35,453 nt of DNA from Actinomycetes bacterium (GTDB taxonomy: Bacteria > Actinomycetota > Acidimicrobiia > Spongiisociales > UBA5794). The position numbers were made by a program, and so were the translations under genes. The DNA is taken from NCBI GenBank assembly GCA_024638645.1, contig JAHEJX010000032.1, forward strand, positions 1 to 35,453. The letters run 5' to 3'. The notes beneath the pieces are model-generated. The model was not told where the DNA came from and made no database searches. It saw only the letters and a program-made list of their open reading frames with translations. Below are positions 8,272 through 15,328 of this stretch, piece after piece (the stretch's first letter is position 1; each line of letters starts with the position of its first letter).

Positions 8272-8958
8272 ATGTCCGGCGCTGCAATTCGTGTCTTGAT
8301 TGTCGATGATCATGCGATCGTTCGGCAGGGCTTGCGCGCCCTGCTCGAGTCCGAGGACGACATCAATGTCACCGGTGAAGCCGGGTCTGTGGAGGAGGCG
8401 ATCCGCAGAGTCGGGCTCGATGAGCCGGATCTGGTCCTCATGGATCTGCAACTTCCCGATGGCACCGGCGTCGATGCATGCCGCGAGATTCGATCCCGCT
8501 GGCCGGACACCATCGTCCTGATCCTCACTTCGTTTGCTGACGACCAGGCCCTCTATTCGGCGATCATGGCCGGGGCGGCCGGATATGTGCTCAAGCGCAT
8601 CCAACCGGACGAGTTGCTCGGCGGAATTCGAACTGCAGCTGCCGGCGGCTCGTTACTCGACCCAACCCTTGTCGACATGGTCTTCAAACGAGTGCGTGGC
8701 GAAATGACCGGCGATTCCTTGCTCGATCGGCTGTCCGGCCAGGAGCTGAAGATCGTCGATCTCATCGAACAAGGGCTAACCAATCGCCAGATCGCGTCCG
8801 AGCTGAACCTGGCTGAGAAGACGGTAAAGAACTACGTCTCCAACCTGCTCACCAAGATGGGTATGTCGCGACGCTCCGAAGTAGCGGCATATGCAGCAAG
8901 GAGAGCGGCAGCCACCAAGTCGAGATTCCCTGCCAGCTCCTGGGAAGACGAAAAATAG
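8272..8958 (+). CDS. NarL/LuxR-family response regulator (REC + LuxR HTH)
   Basis: REC domain (VLIVDDH...LMDLQLPDG...). C-terminal LuxR HTH (LTNRQIASELNLAEKTVKNYVSNLLTKMG). Divergent from the kinase. Confidence 0.9.
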   Translation: MSGAAIRVLIVDDHAIVRQGLRALLESEDDINVTGEAGSVEEAIRRVGLDEPDLVLMDLQLPDGTGVDACREIRSRWPDTIVLILTSFADDQALYSAIMAGAAGYVLKRIQPDELLGGIRTAAAGGSLLDPTLVDMVFKRVRGEMTGDSLLDRLSGQELKIVDLIEQGLTNRQIASELNLAEKTVKNYVSNLLTKMGMSRRSEVAAYAARRAAATKSRFPASSWEDEK

Positions 8959-9124
8959 GGAGCGCCTGCGAAGCAGGCGGGGTATTCGGTAGCCAGTATT
9001 CGGTATTCAGACTGCCCTGCCACCAGCATCCGTGCTGAACAACTGCCAGGCGAGGGTGGGTAGGGGCTGCGTACCCGAGATCCGGCGATCGTCACGGCGA
9101 TTCCGGATACGGGATACCGGCCGG

Positions 9125-10216
9125 CTAGAGCGCCAACACTCCCTGCACAGTCCTCATCCTGTCCATTCGCCGCTTGGTGACGTCGCTGCTTCCGTCGGCG
9201 AGGGCCACGCCCTCCTCCAGGACGTGGGCAAGCAAGAATCGTTGGACTCTGGGATCTTCGGTCGGTGCCCCGCCCGGCGTAGTTGTGTTCCAGGTGACCA
9301 TGCAGTCGTCGGCCCCATCTGCGAGGGCGTTCACTGCGCCGAGAGCGAGCCGCCCCGCCATCATGCGATCGTGAAACGAAGGCCCGCCTCCTCGGACCAC
9401 ATGGCCGAGGATCGTGGCGCGGATATCGACGTCCGCAGCGCCGGTCAGCCGTTGGTCTACTACCTCTGCAATTTTGGCTGCCGAAACCGTCACGCCCTCA
9501 GCCTTGATTATGAGCACCCGGCTCTTATGGCGATCTGTCGAGAACGAATCGCGGATGACCTTTTCGACGCTATCCATGATCTCGTCTTCTGACCGTCCCT
9601 CTTCGGGAAGCAATACCGCGTCTGCAGCCGTTGCTACTGCCGAGGCGACGGCGAGATACCCGGAGTGGCGCCCCATCACTTCGACGATGAAGGCGCGCCG
9701 GTGCGAGCGGGCGGTGTCCGAGATTCGGTCGCAAGCGGCGATGATCGTGTTCAGCGCAGTGTCGACGCCGATGGCATTGGCTGTGGCGCCGATGTCGTTG
9801 TCTATCGAGGCAGGAATCCCGACGACGGTCACCTGGGGGCATTCCGCGGCAAGGGTATGGGCTCCTGCCATCGTGCCGTTGCCGCCGATGGCGATGAGCC
9901 CCTCGATGCCCGCCTCCACCATGTTCTTGCAGCCGACGGCGCGATTCGCTTCATCGAAGAACCGCATGCACCGTGACGATCCGAGAATCGTGCCGCCGGT
10001 GTGGGCTTCGTCCTCGACGTCTTTGATGGGAGCGAGGTCACCGCTGCTCCGGGTACGGGTCAGTTGTATGAACTCGGCATCTAGCAGCCCTTCGTACCCG
10101 CGCTCGATGCCAATGACCTCGATACCCCGAGATGCCGCCACCTTGCAGACAGCAAGAATCGCCGCATTCATCCCAGGCGCATCCCCACCAGAAGTAAGAA
10201 CCGCAATACGTTTCAC
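9125..10216 (-). CDS. pfkA: 6-phosphofructokinase (ATP-dependent PfkA family)
   Basis: GGDAPGMNAAI and GGNGT/MGR motifs. GTG start at 10216 with GGAG 5 nt upstream. The longer ORF to 10480 runs into the tRNA and is rejected. Confidence 0.85.
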   Translation of the reverse strand: MKRIAVLTSGGDAPGMNAAILAVCKVAASRGIEVIGIERGYEGLLDAEFIQLTRTRSSGDLAPIKDVEDEAHTGGTILGSSRCMRFFDEANRAVGCKNMVEAGIEGLIAIGGNGTMAGAHTLAAECPQVTVVGIPASIDNDIGATANAIGVDTALNTIIAACDRISDTARSHRRAFIVEVMGRHSGYLAVASAVATAADAVLLPEEGRSEDEIMDSVEKVIRDSFSTDRHKSRVLIIKAEGVTVSAAKIAEVVDQRLTGAADVDIRATILGHVVRGGGPSFHDRMMAGRLALGAVNALADGADDCMVTWNTTTPGGAPTEDPRVQRFLLAHVLEEGVALADGSSDVTKRRMDRMRTVQGVLAL

Positions 10217-10283
10217 GTGAGCTCCAGAGTCGGCAGCAGTTCGCAATGCGAACTGCCAACGGACTCGCCTTGGCGAGTCCGCG

Positions 10284-10373
10284 CGGAGGGAGTGGGATTC
10301 GAACCCACGGTACCGCAAAAAACGGTACAACAGTTTTCGAGACTGCCGCCTTCGTCCGCTCGGCCATCCCTCC
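10284..10373 (-). tRNA. tRNA-Ser (anticodon CGA), type II with long variable arm
   Basis: Reverse complement reads GGAGGGA..GCAGT CTCGAAA ACTGT..long variable stem..GTGGGTTCGAATCCCAC TCCCTCC G. 7-bp acceptor, T-arm GTTCGAATC, anticodon loop CU-CGA-AA. Confidence 0.8.
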
Positions 10374-10522
10374 GATTCCCGAGGCGCGGAGCGTCTCGGC
10401 GAGGAGGAGTGTACCCAGCGCATGTGTCCCGAAAGCTGGCGGGAGTGGGATACCTGTTGGGCTCCCTGCAGTCGTGACATACCGCCACAAGTTGGCTGGC
10501 CTGGGCGGCGCGATGCGTCGTA

Positions 10523-10551
10523 TTGACAAATTCATTTGTCTAATGATAACT
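10523..10551 (+). promoter_or_regulatory. Putative promoter (TTGACA ... ATAACT) with embedded 7-2-7 inverted repeat operator GACAAATtcATTTGTC for the ArsR-family gene; probably leaderless transcript
   Basis: TTGACA at 10523-10528. Perfect inverted repeat at 10525-10540. -10-like ATAACT at 10546-10551. ATG at 10559. Confidence 0.45.
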
Positions 10552-10558
10552 TGCAACC

Positions 10559-11095
10559 ATGAAAGTTGTCGCCGCTCCGGATGCCGCGTACGCAGCGCTC
10601 TCGCCTTTGCGACGCCAGCTACTGGGATTGCTTGACGAGCCGATGTCGGCTTCCGAGTTGGCCCTCGAGCTCGATCTCACTCGCCAGCGGGTGAACTATC
10701 ACCTTGGGGTACTCGCGAATCATGGCCTGATAGAGGTTGGAGAGACGCGGCAAAGACGCGGCTTTGTGGAGCGCCGGTTTCGTAGAGCAGGACCGACTGT
10801 GATCGCCCCGGATCTCATCGACAGTCCTTCGGCTGGCGATGACCTCTCAGCGGACGCCGTTGTCGCTGCAGCCAGCGACGCGATTCGGGCCATCGGCGAG
10901 TTGGAGGCTGCGGGCAAGCCCCACCCGACTGCGACGCTCGTCACCGACGTGCGATTTGAGTCGCCGGACGCCCATCGGGCATTCCTCGCGGGTGTTGCCG
11001 ACTTGGCGGCGAAATTCGATGAGGGCGAAGCGGCGGGTGCGCTCGCCATCAAGGTCACAGTGCTGAGTCACGTTGCGAAGGGAGCAAAGCGATGA
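10559..11095 (+). CDS. ArsR-family HTH transcriptional regulator with C-terminal extension
   Basis: Winged HTH (MSASELALELDLTRQRVNYHLGVLANHGLIEV). No Cys metal-sensing motif. Stop overlaps the next gene (ATGA). Confidence 0.75.
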   Translation: MKVVAAPDAAYAALSPLRRQLLGLLDEPMSASELALELDLTRQRVNYHLGVLANHGLIEVGETRQRRGFVERRFRRAGPTVIAPDLIDSPSAGDDLSADAVVAAASDAIRAIGELEAAGKPHPTATLVTDVRFESPDAHRAFLAGVADLAAKFDEGEAAGALAIKVTVLSHVAKGAKR

Positions 11096-11829
11096 CCGAT
11101 GTTGTCGGGCGCGAGTTTGAATGGGCAATCGACACGGACCTCGACACGGTGTGGGAGGCGCTCACGACACCTTGCGGGTTGGCGACTTGGTACGTGTCGA
11201 GTGCCGAGGTCGACCCTCGACAGGGTGGGGAGCTCAAGGTCGACTGGGGGACTGGGCCATTCGCAATGGGCACGTTCGAAGTGGTCGACGTGCCGCGTCG
11301 GCTCAAGCTCGTCTACGGAGGCGACCAGGTGGGTGCCGAGGAGTGGCTGCTGAGCCACGAAGACGGAATCACCCACGTGAGGTTGATCCATTCGCTGCCA
11401 GTCGAGGAGGGCAAGACTTGGGACGAGGTATACGGCGACATCACACGCGGTTGGTCGCTCTTCATGGCCACCCTCGGCTGGGCGGCCGGCACCGTCGGCG
11501 AGCTGGGACGTGAGTCGGAGGTGCGTCTCGGCGACATCACCGAAGGAGCCTGGGGGCGAGTCCTTGCTGCGGCTGGCGTGCATGCCACTCCGGATTCCGG
11601 TTCGACTCTTTCGATCGACGGCCTCCCGGACGCAGAAGTCCTGGTAGGAGTCGACGACTACAGCCTGCTGCTGGCCTTCGACAACAAGGCGACTCTCTTG
11701 GTCGACGTCGAGGGGCCCCATCTCTACACGCTCGCCGCAACCTACGGCGAAGGCAGGGCCGACTCGGCGCTCCTCGCCGGAATCACGTCGCTTGCCGAAC
11801 GTCTCTGCACGGCGGCCGGCGCGGCTTAG
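11092..11829 (+). CDS. SRPBCC / Aha1-like (activator of Hsp90 ATPase homolog 1-like) domain protein
   Basis: N-terminal SRPBCC motif (VWEALTTPCGLATWY, GGELKVDW). Common operon partner of ArsR-family regulators. Confidence 0.7.
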   Translation: MTDVVGREFEWAIDTDLDTVWEALTTPCGLATWYVSSAEVDPRQGGELKVDWGTGPFAMGTFEVVDVPRRLKLVYGGDQVGAEEWLLSHEDGITHVRLIHSLPVEEGKTWDEVYGDITRGWSLFMATLGWAAGTVGELGRESEVRLGDITEGAWGRVLAAAGVHATPDSGSTLSIDGLPDAEVLVGVDDYSLLLAFDNKATLLVDVEGPHLYTLAATYGEGRADSALLAGITSLAERLCTAAGAA

Positions 11830-11958
11830 AAACAGGGCGTTCGCTGGCTATTGGATCTGGTTGCCGGATACGGGACACGGGACACCTTCTAAGTCAATCG
11901 CCTCTAGACGATCGGATACGCCCTATCGCATAGTGGATACACCAAGAAGGGAGGGCAC

Positions 11959-12219
11959 ATGACCAGCTGCCCCGTCCCCAAGCGCCCGCACGAGTTTGGT
12001 GTTGACTCTGAGGTTCCGGAACTTGCTCAGATTGAAGGCGCACATCTCTTGGCCAATGAGGCCAGGGCTTTCTTGGCCGGGTGTGGCTTCACGGATAGGC
12101 AGATCCTGGAGTGGGCAGACACGTACATCTCCCGGGTTGGGTCCGGCGACGTCGAGTCTTTCATCGATTGGATCCACGACAGGGAGGCGCTGCTCAGCAA
12201 CGGATCAAACGCCTCCTAG
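11959..12219 (+). CDS. Hypothetical small protein (86 aa)
   Basis: GGGAGG RBS 6 nt upstream of the ATG. Followed directly by a strong hairpin. No recognisable domain. Confidence 0.5.
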   Translation: MTSCPVPKRPHEFGVDSEVPELAQIEGAHLLANEARAFLAGCGFTDRQILEWADTYISRVGSGDVESFIDWIHDREALLSNGSNAS

Positions 12220-12226
12220 GACTAGA

Positions 12227-12255
12227 GAGGGGCGGAGCGTTGCGCTCCGCCCCTC
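12227..12255. terminator. Bidirectional terminator-like perfect hairpin (13-bp stem GAGGGGCGGAGCG, 3-nt loop) between convergent genes
   Basis: GAGGGGCGGAGCG ttg CGCTCCGCCCCTC seen directly. No T-tract, as is common in high-GC genomes. Confidence 0.55.
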
Positions 12256-12315
12256 AGTGACTATTGGCCGGGCAGCAGTTTGCAGACTGCCGCGGTGAGT
12301 GTGAAACACTCACCC

Positions 12316-13626
12316 CTACTCGACTGGCTCGAGTGCGGGAGGCTCGGCTGGGTCCAGGTCGACCACGTTGCCATTTCTCTTGGTCAGCGCTTCGAGGATG
12401 TTGACCCCGGTCGCTGCCTCGATCTGCTCGGTGATCGATATAACTGCCGCCGGCATCTGTCCCACTAGGCCGGGGATGGCGTTGCCGGTGCCACCTGCCC
12501 CGCCGTCGATGACGGTTATGCGGTCAACGTCGATGCCCTTCACCGTGTCGGTGATCTGCTCGACGAGCTCAGGGAGCATGTTCAGAACGAAGATGTTCTG
12601 GGCGTCGCTGCCCGCTTCCTGATATTGCTCTGTGAGCTGTTGGAGCACCCGCACCTGAGCTGCACCGTCTTCGATGATCTTGGCGGCCGCACCCTTGGCC
12701 ATGAGCTCGAGAGCTTCCTTCTCAGCTCGGGCCGGGGCGACTACATCCGCTTCGAGGCGGCGCTGCTGGAGCTGGATGCGCTCCTGCTCGAGCGACTGCT
12801 CAGCAACGACCTTGGCCTTCACGCCTGCAACGAGAGCCTCGGCCTCCTCGGCCACGGCTTCGGCTTCCAGTTGTGCCTCACGCACGCGGAGCTTGTTCTT
12901 CTCCTCGACGATCGCCAGGTCGGATTCGACCCGGGCCAGCTCGGCCCGACGCCGTGCCTGAGCCTCGGCCTCTTCGGCGTCTGCTTCCTGGCTGGCCTCT
13001 GACTCGCGGGCCTCCTTCAGCACCTGAGCGGTGCGGCGTCGGCCGACTGCCTCGAGGTATCCAACCTGGTCGGTGACGTTCTGAATCTTCAGGACGTCGA
13101 GCTCGAGCCCGAGCGTCTTGATGTCATCATCCGCCTCGTCGATCAGCGTCTGGGCGAACTTCAGGCGGTCCTCATTGACCTCTTCGGGCGTGAGCGTCGA
13201 CAGCACGCCACGCAGGTTCGCCTCGAGGTTCTCCTTGGCGATCTGCTGAATGTACTCAGAAGGACGCCCGAGGAACCGCTCGACCGAGTTCTCGAGCACC
13301 CCTTCACGGCTCGAGACCTTGATGTTGGCTACGCCTTGCACATCGAGGGGAATTGCACCCTTCGAGTAGGCATTGGACACCGAAACGTCGATCGGAATCG
13401 TGTTCAGATCCATGTAGTCGACCTTCTCCAGCACCGGAATGCGGATGGTGCGGCCACCTTTGATGACGCGATAGCCAACGGTCCTGCCGTCGGGCAACGC
13501 CCGACTACGTCCCGAGATCACTGCCACCTGGTTTGGTGGGCAAATGACCACAAGGCTGCGGATCGCGGCGAGGGCGATCATGATGATGCCTACGAGAAAC
13601 GCGGCAACTATTGCTAGAAACTCCAC
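12316..13626 (-). CDS. Flotillin-like SPFH/band-7 protein (FloT/YuaG family) with long coiled-coil EA-rich region
   Basis: N-terminal TM, SPFH domain, EA-repeat coiled coil. GTG start at 13626 with GGGAGGA RBS. Immediately downstream of the nfeD-like gene. Confidence 0.85.
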   Translation of the reverse strand: MEFLAIVAAFLVGIIMIALAAIRSLVVICPPNQVAVISGRSRALPDGRTVGYRVIKGGRTIRIPVLEKVDYMDLNTIPIDVSVSNAYSKGAIPLDVQGVANIKVSSREGVLENSVERFLGRPSEYIQQIAKENLEANLRGVLSTLTPEEVNEDRLKFAQTLIDEADDDIKTLGLELDVLKIQNVTDQVGYLEAVGRRRTAQVLKEARESEASQEADAEEAEAQARRRAELARVESDLAIVEEKNKLRVREAQLEAEAVAEEAEALVAGVKAKVVAEQSLEQERIQLQQRRLEADVVAPARAEKEALELMAKGAAAKIIEDGAAQVRVLQQLTEQYQEAGSDAQNIFVLNMLPELVEQITDTVKGIDVDRITVIDGGAGGTGNAIPGLVGQMPAAVISITEQIEAATGVNILEALTKRNGNVVDLDPAEPPALEPVE

Positions 13627-14253
13627 TTACTGTCCTCCCTCTATTGGTGGGAGCGGGGCCACAAACGCGGTCCCTTCTCTCACTTCGACAACTACAACTT
13701 GTGAGCCGGGCTCCATCTCGGATGCGTTGGGTCGGTAAGGCAGAGCCACCATGAATTGGGGCTGTCCGCCCATGTCGACCTCGACTCGTCCTCGACGCTC
13801 TTGAGCTACCGGAAGCACTACTCGGGCCGTTGATCCCGCTATTTCACGTTGCGTGAGGTGCGAGGACGTCTCGGATCGCTTCAGATACGCCATGAGGCGG
13901 GCATTGGTTGCACCGGCTATCAGGCCAAGGCCTGTTGCCGAGATGAACGGCACAGGCTCTGAATAGGCCAGCAGCGACAACACGATTCCCACCGCTCCGA
14001 AGAACGCCAGAAAGAAGATCACCGTCCGGAATGTGAGCAGTGATGAAACCCATTCGCTGACGCCGGTTGCCGCTTCGATCGCGCCGCCCTGTGTGTCGAC
14101 GTCCACGTCGACATCCGCATCAACATCGAAATCGAAGTCAGAATCTGCGTCGAAGTCGAAGTCGGCGTCCGTGTCGAAGTCGAGTGACCCGAGTAGAGCG
14201 GGCAGGATGAAGCCACCTCCGAAGATGGCTGCCGCAATGTAGATCCAAAGCAT
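13627..14253 (-). CDS. NfeD-like (YuaF-type) membrane protein, flotillin partner, with an acidic (DF/DV)n low-complexity insert
   Basis: Two hydrophobic segments plus a C-terminal OB-fold-like region (VVVVEVREGTAFVAPL). ATG at 14253 with GGAG RBS. Stop abuts the flotillin start. Confidence 0.7.
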   Translation of the reverse strand: MLWIYIAAAIFGGGFILPALLGSLDFDTDADFDFDADSDFDFDVDADVDVDVDTQGGAIEAATGVSEWVSSLLTFRTVIFFLAFFGAVGIVLSLLAYSEPVPFISATGLGLIAGATNARLMAYLKRSETSSHLTQREIAGSTARVVLPVAQERRGRVEVDMGGQPQFMVALPYRPNASEMEPGSQVVVVEVREGTAFVAPLPPIEGGQ

Positions 14254-14364
14254 CAGATCTCCGATCGCTCAATGGCTCGAGGAGTAGCTCCTTGGACTTG
14301 CAGGGCCAGCTCGATCCGGTGCCACGCCTCCCAGCGGGGGCGGGCTCGGGTAGTAGCTCTGTCG

Positions 14365-14706
14365 CTACGACCGATCTCGCAATACATCTTCAACCCCATT
14401 TCTCACCGTCTCCCAGTCAGCCACCCACTCATTGAGCAGCTTTCGGCCGGCCGGTGTAATCCGGTAGTACTTGCGAGCCGGGCCGGCTGGAGAGTCTTCG
14501 AGATAGCTCTCGACGAGCTCTTGTTTCTTCAGGCGGCGGAGCACTGGGTAAATGCTCGTTTCGCCTGCGACTTCGAGCCCACGGTCGTTCAACCGCCTAA
14601 CCATCTCGTAGCCATAGCTCGGTCCGCTGCTGACGACGGAGAGCAAACACATGTCCAATAGGCCCTTGAGCAATTGGCTATGGTGCCCCACATCGTCATG
14701 TACCAT
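14365..14706 (-). CDS. PadR-family transcriptional regulator
   Basis: PadR winged HTH (LLKGLLDMCLLSVVSSGPSYGYEMVRRL...GRKYYRITPAGRKLL). ATG at 14706 preferred over the TTG-extended ORF to 14727. Confidence 0.8.
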   Translation of the reverse strand: MVHDDVGHHSQLLKGLLDMCLLSVVSSGPSYGYEMVRRLNDRGLEVAGETSIYPVLRRLKKQELVESYLEDSPAGPARKYYRITPAGRKLLNEWVADWETVRNGVEDVLRDRS

Positions 14707-14830
14707 ACGTAGAACACTACCATACAAAGAACAATAGTCAAAGGTGAGTGCAAGGATTGCGGGCCAGACGGCCGTGAGCCTTAGATCAAGGTCGTGTCAG
14801 CAGACGCGGGAGCACGGGGGCGTGTCGACC

Positions 14831-15328
14831 CTACAACTCGAGACCGCTTGCATTGCGGAGCTCGTTGCGCGTAATGAACGAGATTTCGCTTGTCATCTCA
14901 CGAGCGGCGAGACTGTTCGGTGCTGTAATCGTCACACAGCCACCGGAGAAGATGTAGTAGCGAACGAATTCGTCGTCGGTCGCAGCCTCGTAAGTGGCTC
15001 TCTCGAAGCTATTGTCGCCCAGCGCGGCTCCTGTCGGCTCACAGGTCATCTCGAGCTCAATCTCCACATCGCCGACGTTCCCACCATCAATGGATAGCTC
15101 GGCGCTATCGGTCTCGACGTCGGCCCGTTCCATAGCCCAGCCATCCGGCAGGCTGTTCAGACAAGGTATGAGCTCGGCGCTCGGAACCGCCTGCGCCATG
15201 AGGATCAGCAGGCCGCGGCTGGTGGAGTCGCAAATCGGGGTGGGGCCGACTCGGACATCACCTACCTCGATCCCACACGCACCAAGGAACGCGATAGCCG
15301 CGATCAGCAGGAGTGCACGACGCTTCAC
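14831..15328 (-). CDS. Putative lipoprotein (lipobox LGAC), unknown function
   Basis: Signal peptide VKRRALLLIAAIAFLGAC. GTG start at 15328 overlaps the upstream gene stop (GTGA). The longer ORF to 15430 is an overlap artefact. Confidence 0.5.
   Translation of the reverse strand: MKRRALLLIAAIAFLGACGIEVGDVRVGPTPICDSTSRGLLILMAQAVPSAELIPCLNSLPDGWAMERADVETDSAELSIDGGNVGDVEIELEMTCEPTGAALGDNSFERATYEAATDDEFVRYYIFSGGCVTITAPNSLAAREMTSEISFITRNELRNASGLEL

Noticed and set aside
10246-10635. ORFs 10217..10477, 10246..10635 and 10038..10556 in the pfkA-ArsR intergenic region
   Set aside because: They overlap a well-formed tRNA-Ser cloverleaf. The pfkA N-terminus aligns from the GTG at 10216.
10559-11095. 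ArsR-family regulator as the arsenite sensor for aioBA
   Set aside because: No ELCVCDL-type or C-terminal Cys metal-binding motif. It lies 5 kb away on the far side of unrelated genes and is paired with an SRPBCC protein, so it is a generic ArsR/SmtB-family regulator.
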